A DNA stretch of 64,000 nucleotides from NCBI GenBank assembly GCA_964016885.1, contig OZ024744.1, positions 112,964,001 to 113,028,000 on the forward strand, in the 5' to 3' direction. A program made the translations under genes and the position numbers. Position 1 is the first letter of the stretch. Each line of letters opens with the position of its first letter. The notes beneath the pieces were generated by a model that had not been told where the DNA came from, did not search any database, and was given only the letters and a program-made list of their open reading frames with translations. The stretch is from Eledone cirrhosa (Eukaryota). This document shows positions 1 to 14,018 of the stretch, piece by piece.

Positions 1-3000
1 TGACAGTAGTTATAAAGTAACTGTAATGACAGTAGCTATAAAGTAACTGTAATGACAGTAGCTATAAAGTAACTGTAATGACAGTAGCTATAGTGTAACT
101 GTAATGACAGTAGTTATAAAGTATCTGTAATGACTGTAACTATAAAGTAACTGTAATGACAGTAGCTATAGAGTAACTGTAATTACAATAGCTATAGAGT
201 AACTGTAATGACAGTAGCTATAAAGTAACTGTAATGACAGTAGCTATAGAGTAACTGTAATGACAGTAGCTATAAAGTAACTGTAATGACAGTATCTATA
301 AAGTAACTGTAATGACAGTAACTATAAAGTAACTGTAATGACAGTAGCTATAAAGTAACTGTAATGACAATAGCTATAGAGTAACTGTAATGACAGTAGC
401 TATAAAGTAACTGTAATGACAGTAGCTATAGTGTAACTGTAATGACAGTAGTTATAAAGTAACTGTAATGACAGTAGCTATAAAGTAACTGTAATGACAG
501 TAGCTATAGTGTAACTGTAATGACAGTAGTTATAAAGTAACTGTAATGACAGTAGATATAAAGTAACTGTAATGACAGTAGCTATAAAGTAACTGTAATG
601 ACAATAGCTATAAAGTAACTGTAATAACAGTAGCTATAAAGTAACTGTAATGACAGTAGCTATAAAGTAACTGTAATGACAGTAGCTATAGAGTAACTGT
701 AATGACAGTAGCTATAAAGTAACTGTAATGACAGTAGCTATAAAGTAACTGTAATGACAGTAGCTATAAAGTAACTGTAATGACAGTAGCTATAAAGTAA
801 CTGTAATGACAGTAGATATAAAGTAACTGTAATGACAGTAACTATAGAGTAACTGTAATGACAGTAGCTATAAAGTAACTATAATGACAGTAGCTATAAA
901 GTAACTGTAATGACAGTAGCTATAAAGTAAGTGTAATGACAGTAGCTATAAAGTAACTCTAATGACAGTAGCTATAAAGTAACTGTAATGACAGTAGCTA
1001 TAAAGTAACTGTAATGACAGTAGCTATAAAGTAACTGTAATGACAGTAACTATAAAGTAACTGTAATGACAGTAGCTATAAAGTAACTGTAATGACAGTA
1101 GCTATAAAGTAACTGTAATGACAGTAGCTATAAAGTAACTGTAATGACAGTAGATATAAAGTAACTGTAATGACAGTAGATATAAAGTAACTGTAATGAC
1201 AGTAGCTATAAAGTAACTGTAATGACAGTAGCTATAAAGTAACTGTAAAGACAGTAGATATAAAGTAACTGTAATGACAGTAGATATAAAGTAACTGTAA
1301 TGACAGTAGCTATAAAGTAACTGTAATGACAGTAGCTATAAAGTAACTGTAATGACAGTAGCTATAAAGTAACTGTAATGACAGTAGCTATAAAGTAACT
1401 GTAATGACAGTAGCTATAAAGTAACTGTAATGACAGTAGCTATAGAGTAACTGTAATGACAGTAGCTATAAAGTAACTGTAATGACAGTAGCTATAAAGT
1501 AACTGTAATGACAGTAGTTATAAAGTAACTGTAATGACAGTAGCTATAAAGTAACTGTAATGACAGTAGCTATAAAGTAACTGTAATGACAGTAGCTATA
1601 AAGTAACTGTAATGACAGTAGCTATAAAGTAACTGTAATGACAGTAGCTATAAAGTAACTGTAATGACAGTAGCTATAAAGTAACTGTAATGACAGTAGC
1701 TATAAAGTAACTGTAATGACAGTAGATATAAAGTAACTGTAATGACAGTAGCTATAAAGTAACTGTAATGACAGTAGCTATAAAGTAACTGTAATGACAG
1801 TAGCTATAGAGTAACTGTAATGACAGTAGCTATAAAGTAACTGTAATGACAGTAGCTATAGAGTAACTGTAATGACAGTAGCTATAAAGTAACTGTAATG
1901 ACAGTAGCTATAGTGTAACTGTAATGACAGTAGTTATAAAGTATCTGTAATGACTGTAACTATAAAGTAACTGTAATGACAGTAGCTATAGTGTAACTGT
2001 AATGACAGTAGTTATAAAGTAACTGTAATGACAGTAGCTATAAAGTAACTGTAATGACAGTAGCTATAAAGTAACTGTAATGACAGTAGCTATAGTGTAA
2101 CTGTAATGACAGTAGTTATAAAGTATCTGTAATGACTGTAACTATAAAGTAACTGTAATGACAGTAGCTATAGAGTAACTGTAATGACAATAGCTATAGA
2201 GTAACTGTAATGACAGTAGCTATAAAGTAACTGTAATGACAGTAGCTATAGAGTAACTGTAATGACAGTAGCTATAAAGTAACTGTAATGACAGTAGCTA
2301 TAAAGTAACTGTAATGACAGTAACTATAAAGTAACTGTAATGACAGTAGCTATAAAGTAACTGTAATGACAATAGCTATAGAGTAACTGTAATGACAGTA
2401 GCTATAAAGTAACTGTAATGACAGTAGCTATAGTGTAACTGTAATGACAGTAGTTATAAAGTAACTGTAATGACAGTAGCTATAAAGTAACTGTAATGAC
2501 AGTAGCTATAGTGTAACTGTAATGACAGTAGTTATAAAGTAACTGTAATGACAGTAGATATAAAGTAACTGTAATGACAGTAGCTATAAAGTAACTGTAA
2601 TGACAGTAGCTATAAAGTAACTGTAATAACAGTAGCTATAAAGTAACTGTAATGACAGTAGCTATAAAGTAACTGTAATGACAGTAGCTATAGAGTAACT
2701 GTAATGACAGTAGCTATAAAGTAACTGTAATGACAGTAGCTATAAAGTAACTGTAATGACAGTAGCTATAAAGTAACTGTAATGACAGTAGCTATAAAGT
2801 AACTGTAATGACAGTAGCTATAAAGTAACTGTAATGACAGTAGCTATAGTGTAACTGTAATGACAGTAGTTATAAAGTAACTGTAATGACAGTAGATATA
2901 AAGTAACTGTAATGACAGTAGCTATAAAGTAACTGTAATGACAGTAGCTATAAAGTAACTGTAATAACAGTAGCTATAAAGTAACTGTAATGACAGTAGT

Positions 3001-3738
3001 TATAAAGTAACTGTAATGACAGTAGCTATAAAGTAACTGTAATGACAGTAGCTATAAAGTAACTGTAATGACAGTAGCTATAAAGTAACTGTAATGACAG
3101 TAGCTATAAAGTAACTGTAATGACAGTAGTTATAAAGTAACTGTAATGACAGTAGCTATAAAGTAACTGTAATGACAGTAGCTATAAAGTAACTGTAATG
3201 ACAGTAGCTATAAAGTAACTGTAATGACAGTAGCTATAAAGTAACTGTAATGACAGTAGCTATAGTGTAGCTGTAATGACAGTAGTTATAAAGTAACTGT
3301 AATGACAGTAGCTATAAAGTAACTGTAATGACAGTAGCTATAGTGTAGCTGTAATGACAGTAGCTATAAAGTAACTGTAATGACAGTAGCTATAAAGTAA
3401 CTGTAATGACAGTAGCTATAAAGTAACTGTAATGACAGTAGCTATAGTGTAGCTGTAATGACAGTAGCTATAAAGTAACTGTAATGACAGTAGCTATAAA
3501 GTAACTGTAATGACAGTAGCTATAAAGTAACTGTAATGACAGTAGCTATAGTGTAGCTGTAATGACAGTAGCTATAAAGTAACTTTAATAACAGTAGCTA
3601 TAAAGTAGCTGTAATGACAGTAGCTATAAAGTAGCTGTAATGACAGTAGCTATAAAGTAACTGTAATGACAGTAGCTATAGTGTAGCTGTAATGACAGTA
3701 GCTATAAAGTAACTGTAATGACAGTAGCTATAAAATAA
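1..3738. repeat. 26-bp tandem satellite (TGACAGTAGCTATAAAGTAACTGTAA), about 143 copies, truncated by window start
   Basis: 26-bp period read directly. Confidence 0.98.
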
Positions 3739-4149
3739 CTTATAAAAATTGAGTGAAGACCTTTATAGATGGAAGAAGCACCACTTAGTTAAGGGACCTC
3801 TGACAACATCTTACTGTCTGAATTATGGAGCTGAATCAAACAGCTTTTGAAAAGAAAAATAAATTGTAAGTTCAAATCTTACCATGGTCAACTTTGTTTT
3901 TCATCCTTCTGGGGGTGATAAAATAAAGTACCAGTGAATCACTGGGGTTGATATAATAGATTTTCCCCTTTCTCCCAAATTGCTGGCCATGTTAGGGTTA
4001 GCCTTTTTGAAAAGGTGGTGGATTGGCAGAATCAGTGGAGCATCAGACAAAATACTTTGCAGTATTTCATATTATGGCCCTCAATGCTCTGCGTTTCATC
4101 CTTCCTGGTTTCATAAAATAAACTACCTGTCATATTCTCTCTTCTTCTC

Positions 4150-4320
4150 CTCGTCTGTCCACTTATTCCTGAAAGGGTCATGTGGTCAGAGTCCTCAAAC
4201 ACTCCCTCCAGTGGGTCCTGTCAGATGCAACCCTCTCCAACTGATCCAGCTGGATCCCCAAGTGAGACCAGCCGAGCTCATAGATGTTATCCAACCATCT
4301 TGCTCGGAGAACTGCCTGCT
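4150..4320 (-). mobile_element. 3' fragment of a second RTE-like LINE family (other copies ~31555-31745, ~57535-57700, ~63655-63834)
   Basis: Dispersed homologous copies. The 57.6 kb copy translates on the minus strand as RPRGRP..SW...ASDRTRWKG, typical of RTE ORF ends. Confidence 0.7.
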
Positions 4321-5947
4321 TGTGAAATTAACATGTAAGTGACTGACATGCTGACACATGCACTCTTAACATATGTCTCAGGGAGATTCAGTGTGACACA
4401 GTGTGTAACAAGGCTGATCTCTTGAATTAGAGATACAACCCAAGAATACATTGTGCCTGTTGATCTGAGAATTGACATCATGACCTTATGATTGTAATCC
4501 AAAGTCCCTATGCCACACACCTTCATCTTTATTATACATACCTACATATATACTAGCTTTCATATACACCCTTATAGTTTATATTTTCCAGCAATTTTTA
4601 TTCTATACATATATATTTGTCACATTCCCCATTCTGTTAGCTACTGACAAACATCCAAACCTAGATTACTAAACATATGTACGATAAACCCTGTCTTCTC
4701 ACACATTACATATGTTGTGAGAACATCACTTGGTTTAAACATAGCTGGGAATAGGGAGAAAGAGAGGGGGAGTGATAATGGGAGATAGAGGCAGAATCAA
4801 CCCTAGTATTTTACAGGTACTTTATTTATTGACCTTGAAAAGAAAAAAAGTTTACATTAGCAGGACTTAAACTGAACGAGTAAAGACCAAGAACAATCAC
4901 TCCATGTAATCTTCTAATGACTGTTAATTGGCAACCTTCATCTTGTATTATACATATTACTAAACAATATCTTTTGATTAAACATTTAATTCCACCTCAC
5001 TTATTCTCAACAAATGAGCTCTGACAAAAAACATATCTGACCTTAGGTTGGGGGAAATTAAATATTTTGTGGAGTTCAATTGTTAATCCCTTTCAAAGTA
5101 GGTCCCTTATGCCTCCACACATGTAGCCTACTGATCCTTTCATTGTTTGAAGCATGTCTGGACACTAGTGCTGTTGATCTACACATTAAAAACACCCAGT
5201 ACACACTGCAAAGTGGTTGGTGATAGGAAGGGCATCCATCCATAGAAAGCTTGCCAGACAAAGGATTGAGAGGACTGTTAAGTTGTGTTAAAGACATGAC
5301 ACTTCTCCTCTGTATTTGATACGACCATACACAAGGCCTGTCTGAGAGCTCAGTAACCCCACTTCAGTACTGACTTGGTTTATGTAAACCTGTCCAACCC
5401 TTGCTATATATGTGCATAGGAGTGTCATCATCATATATATATATATATATATATACACAGTTGTCCTCCAGTATTCACAGAGGTTACATTCCTGGAGCCC
5501 TCATGAAGAGTGAAAATCCACGAATATCAGACGTAGCCCATAAAAATGCCTATAAACATCAAAACATAACGTAAAATATAGGCTGGCTAATACGGTATAT
5601 TGTTATTAATAATGTAGTGTTAAAAAGCATGATAAAATATATATTGCCACGAAAAAAAAAAAGCATTAAAAAATCGTGGAAGATATCTACGATTCCTTGA
5701 ATATGAGGTGGTTTCCACAAATAATTATTAGTTAGGTTCTAAGGAAAATTCTGTGAATAACCGAGACCACGCATGCCAGGGTTTACACTGTGTATATATA
5801 ACCCATAGCCGATTATGTAATACTTATTAGCATTACCTAATTTTCATTTGAGTTAGCATCTTAAAGATACTAGCTTAGTTAACACATTGAGTGAGTGGGA
5901 AAAAGACCGAAGATCTTTGGTATTATCTGATAACTTTATCTCTGTAT

Positions 5948-5979
<32 letters not shown>

Positions 5980-5982
5980 AGT

Positions 5983-6370
5983 ATGTAGGAGGTGAGTTTT
6001 ATTGTAGTACAATAAAGCAATGCAGATATCGGATAAGAAGCACTCTACAGTTTGTAGGACTGGAGTATATATAATATATAAGATCAAAAGATGGTTAAAA
6101 GAGTTCCATGTATTTTATTATGCGCATTTCAAAAACAAACATCATCATGCAATAATATTTGTGTTTTCATCAGATAAAACAGGAGAACATGATATGAAGG
6201 TTAAAAAACACTTGTGGCACTATCCACAAGTGTTTTTTAGCCTTCATATCATGTTCTCCTGTTTTATCTGATGAAAACACAAATATTATTGCATGATGAT
6301 GTTTGCTTTTGAAATGCGCATAATAAAATACATGGAACTCCTTTAACCATCTTTTGATCTTATATTATAT
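5983..6370. mobile_element. (TA)n-flanked fold-back repeat; family copies at ~9305-9590 and ~24707-26225
   Basis: Near-identical AAAGATGGTTAAAAGAGTTCCATG... segment present in both orientations at each locus. Confidence 0.85.
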
Positions 6371-9077
6371 ATAAGTATGTATACGTACATATGTACGTAT
6401 ACATACTTATATTTAAGTAACAGCCGTACTAAGAGTGAGAAATGAAATTTCGTTTCATTTTTTCCGTTTATATATATACATATATATATTAGAGCGTGAG
6501 GTATTTTTTACAAAATGAAAAATAACCGAGGTGTCCTACACGAGTGAACGTGTAAAGAAAAAAAGATGAAATCGAAAATGCAACTGGAGTCTTATTTTTT
6601 TTTTAAATATATATATTTATTTGGTTCCTTTACCGGTTTCGCAGTTCTTCTGCTTTTCAAAAGTAGAGTTGAGATGGAGGGTCTGTGGTTTTTCTCACAT
6701 CTGGTTGGTCTCTGAATGTTACTTGTTTTATATGGAAACAGTGGCTCGAAATGCCAGGTTTTTAGAGAAGTAATTTGATTGGTTCGTCAATAATTATAAT
6801 AAATTTCGCGCCAGTTCACATTACAAAGTTCTTCAAACAGGTTGTTTTTTTTATATATGAGTGTTTGAATTTCATTTTACTTAAAAAAAGGGGTTCACAA
6901 AGGCTTTTTTTTAATAAACGTAATTTCATTGGTTATAAATAAAATTATGGCTGTCACGTGAACAAGTTTTCATTAAATTTCGGCGCCCTTATTTGGAAAT
7001 CCATTCTGTAGCCTTTTTAGAGAATTTTATGACAAGAAAAAGATAATGGTCAAGAGAAATTGGATGGGAGAATTGTTCTGGTTCAGTGAATATGGTTAGT
7101 TCGCTGGGGTGTCAGAATTCAGATTTTCTATTGAATAAAGAAAGTAAAGATATGTATGTTTATTTGTGTGCTTGTGTGTGTGTGTGTGTGTGTTTGAATT
7201 TCTTTTTACTTAAAAATAAGACTCCAGTTGCATTTTCGATTTCATCTTTTTTTCTTTATATATATATATATAAAGTTTAATAAGTAGTGGGACAGCTCTA
7301 TTTTATTATGAAATGACAAGATGATATATTACAATCAACAATTAGGGGGAGAAAATATATCCAAGGTAAACTCCACAGAGTAACGTCCAATAATTGCACT
7401 TATGTAACATCACAGAACATAAACATTGAATAATGAACCAATGGTATTGGTGGAATTACATTTTACATAAGTTGCACTAATAACAAATGACATTAATTAA
7501 AAGATAATACATACATTTGTTTTTAAAGTGAAAATATCTTTAAAATTGAAATGGTAAAGTTAAACAGAAAGGAAAAAAAAAAAATCCAAACGTCAAGAAA
7601 AACCAGTTGAAACTTAAAAAAGGCCCCATGAGTGAGATAATCGTACCATAATAATTATATTTCTGAAAACTACATAGAATTGTAAATATTAGCAAAATAT
7701 GGAAAACTAAACAAGAAATAGAAATTTATTTAAATTTTTTGAACAAGTAAAGGGAGATAACTTAGACATTTTGACTATGTGTACGTATAGACACTACTAA
7801 TAATTTTGGACATATAGATATTCACAAATATGAGTGTACACACACATATGTACATATAACATCATTATCGTTTAACGTCCATTTTGATGATATATATGTG
7901 TGTGTGTATACACACACACATATATGCTTCTTTTTTGTATTTGTTTTGCAAGATTTTGTATGTGAAAGTGTATGTTCAAACAGATATTATTATACTTTTG
8001 CCTTTCATCCTTACGGGGTCGATAAAATAAAGTACCAGTAATGCACTGGCTAATTGCTGGCCTTGTGCCTAAAGTAGAAACAATTATTATACTTTGGTAG
8101 GGTCATGCTGCCAATAAAAACACATGCATAAGTTGAGTTTCACTTCAATTTATTATTATTAGTTAAGTAATTGGTTTTTCCATCAGTTAGTTTAAAAACC
8201 AGTTGGTTGTTTAATTGACAGAGCTTTTTTCTCACATATTCTGTGACCTCTTCAGTAACTACTTTTGTTACTTTGTGTGACTTCTTTGTTCTGTTTTACA
8301 CCATCTTGTCTTTATGTACATATATATTTGTGTAGTCTGTACTAATCTTCTCTTCACCCCTCCTCATTTAGACTTAATACTCTGCCTACACCAGCTAAAT
8401 ATCCCATACACCTCGTCTATATATATACATATATACAGCCAGTAGGCATCTCTAACTAAATACACCCCTGTCCCACCACCCCATCCACACCGCCCCTTCA
8501 ATGTAAAGTTATGTTGGTGCCACAACATCCAGGCCGAAACAAATGAGATCGTGTAGACACAGTCCACGCTGTAATGTGGCCGTGTAGGCAACACGGTAAA
8601 AACCTCCCAGCCCCACACTGTAAATGTGGTTGGTGTTAGGAAGGGCATCGAGCTGTAGAAAACCCGCCAGACAGTCCTATGCGAGCAAGATAATCACTCT
8701 TGCCTCAAGTGGGAAAACCCCCGTCCAAACCCATGCAAGCGTGGAACACGGACGTTAAACGTTGATGATGATGTATATATATCTGTTCTTTTCCCACACA
8801 AACTATCATACAAACAGAAATATTTAATTCTCTGTTGCACAAATCATCTATTTTATATGGGACTTTTAGATAAATCGTTGAAACCACAGGCGGTCTAAAA
8901 GCTGACGAGAGTATTTAATGCTTATGTGATCTTCTCTCGTCCATTTTCTTCCCTTTCTCCTTTCTTCTTATCACTTCTCTGAGCCAACACACTTCTAGCC
9001 ACTGATTTCTATCCTTTGAGGTAAATTTTATGGGACACTATCAGCGGATGTAAATTGATGATGATGATATATATATG

Positions 9078-9156
<79 letters not shown>

Positions 9157-9250
9157 GTATCATCATCATCATCATGATCGTCGTTTAACGTCCATTTGCC
9201 ACGCTAGCATGGGTCTGGAGTATATATATATATTTATGTATGTATGTATG

Positions 9251-9310
<60 letters not shown>

Positions 9311-10304
9311 ATCAAAAGATGGTTAAAAGAGTTCCATGTATTTTATTATGCGCATTTCAAAAACAAATATCATCATGCAATAATATTTGTGTTTTCATCA
9401 GATAAAACAGGAGAACATGATATGAAGGTTAAAAAACACTTGTGGATAGTGCAGTTTTGAATCAACATATCTTTTAACCATCTTTTGATCTTATATATTA
9501 TGTATACTCCAGTCCTACAAACTGTAGAGTGCTTCTTATCCGATATCTGCATTGCTTTATTGTACTACAATAAAACTCACCTCCTACATATATATATAAT
9601 GAATGTAGAAAAGTAACACATGAGTTGATATATATGAAAACAAATAGTAGAAAGGCAAAAGATTTTTTTCAATAGAAAATGCTGAAGAGCTTCTTTCAGT
9701 ATAATATCAAAATATTTATTTATTTATAATAAAGAGGATATTTTTCCGCATTTAATAATGGCCCCTGTTTCAGCATTATATGAATTGTCTACTGTGGATA
9801 TGCATAATACGGTTAACTTCCATATTTATACAAATAATAAAAATAAAAAGTGGAAGAAAAATTATTAGTTTTTACATACATATTTTGAAAGGAGAGTTTA
9901 TATCTCTGTCCGTGTTTGTCCTTCGTTCTCTGTTAGCTGGCTGGCAGAAGATAGTAGCTGACAATGCATATAATGCTTAAACCAGAACCATTATTAAATG
10001 CAGTTACGTCCCTTTACGATCTGAGTTCAAATCCCGCCGAGGTTGACTTTGCCTTTCATCCTTACGGGGTCGATAAAATAAAGTACCAGTAATGCACTGG
10101 GTAATTGCTGGCCTTGTGCCTAAAGTAGAAACAATTATTAAATGCAGAAATATCCACCATATAAATAAATAAATGTTTTGATATTATACTGAAAGAATCT
10201 CTTCAGCATTTTCTACTAAAAAATCTTTTTCCTTTCTACTATTTGTTTATATATAAGCAGGGAAAAGCGGACGTAAAATGAAATGACGAAAAATTATGAT
10301 ATAT

Positions 10305-10650
10305 GGAGGCACATGGCTTAGTGGTTAGAGCATTGGCCTTGCAATCGAAAGGTTGTGAGTTCAATTCTCAGACCGGGTGATGTGTTGTTTACTTGAGCAA
10401 GACACTTTATTTAACATTGCTCCAGTTTACTCAGCTGTAGAAATGAGATGATAGGGACTGGGGTCCATATCATTCCACTGCAAAGTGGTCGTGGAGGTGC
10501 CATGACAAAAAAAGCACCCAGCACTCACTGTAAATGAGGTTGGTGTTAGGAAGGGCATCCAGCTGTAGAAATCAAGCCAGAATCAGTTCCCGTCCCACCC
10601 TTGCAAGCAGGGAAAAGTGGATGTAAAATGAAATGATGATGAAATGATGA
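10305..10650 (+). mobile_element. tRNA-derived SINE with RTE-LINE-derived 3' tail
   Basis: A box TGGCTTAGTGG and B box GAGTTCAATTC; 3' end matches the LINE end at 31355-31405. Confidence 0.8.
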
Positions 10651-11289
10651 TATATATATATATAGGAACGAGTAGGACCCCGACAGCTGGTTCCTTACCA
10701 CATTTCCTTCGTTATATATATATATAAATATATATATATTCTATTGTTATATCTGGGGATGGTCATGTTGTTAATATTGCCAATAACAACATACATACTA
10801 TTTGACTTTCACTTCAGTTTTATTATTATTTATTAATTAGTTCGTTGTCTTACAAAATTGTCGAACTTATTTTGTCACACATTCTTTGACTATTTGCTTT
10901 CCTCTGTTTCCTCTTCTTGCTGGTCTTTTGTTTACTCCATCTTGCCAAACACACACAGTGTATCCTCTACCTCACTAATACATCCATTCTACATCATACC
11001 ATGTATCGAGCTACTCTCATTTGTGGTCTTCCCAATTGCTATACAGCAAACACTGAGGAGTTTAACCCTTTAGCATTTACATCACTCTATATTTACTATT
11101 GTATTTTCACAGTGAACACTTTATTTCACATAATTATCTCACACAATATTGAATCTACGAGATTTTGATATTATTTATTTTGAGAACAATACCCTAAGAT
11201 AAGTATGAGCAGCCAGCTATGGCTGGTTTGAACAAAAGGAGATGAGAAAATTCTGGCCGGATACAGCTGGTTTAAATGCAAAAGTGTTA

Positions 11290-13215
11290 AAACTGGCACT
11301 CTGTGGGAGCTCTTACACACTGATGACCTAGTCCTTACAGCTGAATCCGTGGGAGAGTTAGAGGCAAAAGTTCAAGCATGGAAGAAGAACCTAGAGTTGA
11401 AAGGTCTAAAACTAAACTTAACGAGGTTAAAGTGCTAATAAGTGGGAAAGAGGACAGGAAGTTGATGCCATCAGGAAAATGTCCTTGTTCAATATATCAG
11501 AAAAGGGTGGAAGGAAATTCTATAATGTACACACAGTGTAATATAATAATAATAATGAAATATTGTGTGCAGTGCTCAGGTGCACTACAACTCATCAAAA
11601 AGTGTATGTATAGTACATAGGGTAATGTACAAATGTCAGGAAAATGAACAGTGCATGAGTCATGATATACACATGTGTGCATGTGTATGGAAGGGGTACA
11701 TCGGGTGTAGTTTTGGCGTATTTCGGGAAGCATATATAGACACACAAGAGATGTAGTGGGATTGCAGGTAGGCTAATGGAAAAGATAAACTTTGTATGTG
11801 ACAGATGGACAGGAGAAGTAAGCACTAGGAAAACACATGAAATAGATCCCTTCATCTGTCAGGAAGGCTCCTTAGAAGTTGTTAATAACTTGTGTTACTC
11901 AGGGGATCAAATTAGTAGTGGAGGAAGATGCTCTGATAGTGTGTTAGCCAGGATTAGAAGAAACTGGAAGAAGTTTAGAGAGCTAATACCTCTGTGGCGG
12001 AGGATAGTGTGATAGTGTGATAGCCAGGATTAGAACAGACTAGAAGTTTAGAGAGCTGATACCTCTGTGGAGGAGGATAGTGTGATAGCCAGTATTAGAA
12101 CAGACTGGAAGTTTAGAGAGCTGATACCTCTGTGGAGGAGGATAGTGTGATAGTGTGATAGCCAGTATTAGAACAGACTGGAAGTTTAGAGAGCTGATAC
12201 CTCTGTGGAGGGGGATAGTCTGATAGTGTGATAGCCAGGATTAGAACAGACTAGAAGTTTAGAGAGCTGATACCTCTGTGGATGGGGATAGTCTGATAGT
12301 GTGGTAGCCAGGATTAGAACAGACTAGAAGTTTAGAGAGCTGATACCTCTGTGGAGGGGGATAGTCTGATAGTGTGATAGCCAGGATTAGAACAGACTAG
12401 AAGTTTAGAGAGCTGATACCTCTGTGGAGGGGGATAGTCTGATAGTGTGGTAGCCAGGATTAGAACAGACTAGAAGTTTAGAGAGCTGATACCTCTGTGG
12501 AGGGGGATAGTCTGATAGTGTGATAGCCAGGATTAGAACAGACTAGAAGTTTAGAGAGCTGATACCTCTGTGGAGGGGGATAGTCTGATAGTGTGATAGC
12601 CAGGATTAGAAGAGGCTGGGAAGAAGTTTAGAGAGCTGATACCTCTGTGGAGGGGGGTAGTCTGATAGTGTGATAGCCAGGATTAGAACAGACTAGAAGT
12701 TTAGAGAGCTGATACCTCTGTGGAGGGGGATAGTCTGATAGTGTGATAGCCAGTATTAGAACAGACTAGAAGTTTAGAGAGCTGATACCGTTGCTGACAA
12801 GTAAGATCTCCTCTCTCTGAGTGAAGGGTAGACTGTATGTTGCCTGAGTGTGGCAATGCTACATGGCAGTGAAACATGGGTCTTGACTGCATAAGACTTG
12901 AGAAGGCTAGGAAGTAATGAAGTGAGTATACTCCAATGGATGTGTAATGTTAGTGTGCATGAACAATACAGCGTAAGTGAACTTAGATGTAGTGTGCAAA
13001 AGAGAAAACTGCACTGGTATAGACATGTGATGTGTATGGAAGATAGCAGCTGTATAAAGAAATGCAGAGCAATCCCAGTAGCTGTGACTCATGGGAGAGG
13101 TAGACCCAGGAAGACATGGGATGAGGTAGGGAAGAGCTTAAGAAACTAAGCCTCACAACTGAGATGACAAAGGATTGAGATGGCTGGCGCTATGTTGTGA
13201 TGATGAAGACCCGGC
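11290..13215 (+). mobile_element. Decayed RTE-clade LINE (3' half) with internal tandem expansion
   Basis: Fragmented frames: [42 protein letters not shown]. Confidence 0.88.
11930..12790. repeat. ~73-bp tandem array (~12 copies) inside the RTE LINE
   Basis: CCAGGATTAG recurs at 12308, 12381 and 12454. Confidence 0.95.
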
Positions 13216-13981
13216 CAGAAGTATACAATATAACCTGACTCATTCATGAGCCACTCCCTCCCACTAGTACCCCCCACCATTGCACCCTAGCGGCTATTCT
13301 CTCTACCCCTTGTTCATCCCCCCACCACCACCTCCATCCTTAGCCCCCTCACTACCTCCCTTGCCTGTCTCTCCACCACGACCCTCCCCCTCTCTATCGA
13401 CTATCTGTCTATATACTAATCAGCCACTCCTACCCTTTACTTATTGCCCTGCTAAATCCCCACATACACCTATAATTTCATACCTATCTTCCCCTACCCC
13501 CCTGAACAGAGAGGTCTCTACAGTTGGGTCAATGACCAACAACCTTTCTACTGATGATGTTACAAAAATGCACCTGGTACACTCTGATTGGTCACAGGAT
13601 TGGCACCCCACTGTAAAAACCATGCCTGAAAGTGTTGAAGGGGACCCTTTGTGTCAAATACACAACACCCTCTCTAGTGTTGGTGATCTACACGATAAAC
13701 ACACCCAGTACACATTGTAGTGGTTGGTGATAGGAAGGGTACCGAGTCATAGAAAGCTTGCCAAACATGGGGTTAGGAGGACCTTTTAGTTTGTGTCAAA
13801 AGACATGACAACCTCTGCACTCAATGTGACCAAATGTAAGCAGGATTCAGACCCGTCCTCGGGGCCTGTCTGGGAGGTCTGTAGCCCCACTTCAGTAATG
13901 ACTTGGTCTATGCACATCCATCCAACCCTTGCTATCAGGGAAACTGGATGTTATATAATTATGATGATAGTTAAGATATAT

Positions 13982-14018
<37 letters not shown>

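Noticed and set aside
6020-6271. Recurrent ORF ([18 protein letters not shown]) as a small gene family
   Set aside because: Part of a fold-back repeat in (TA)n; copies differ in start and stop, and no domain is recognisable.
10305-10380. tRNA gene
   Set aside because: A/B boxes are present, but there is no complete cloverleaf and it continues into a SINE body and LINE-like tail.
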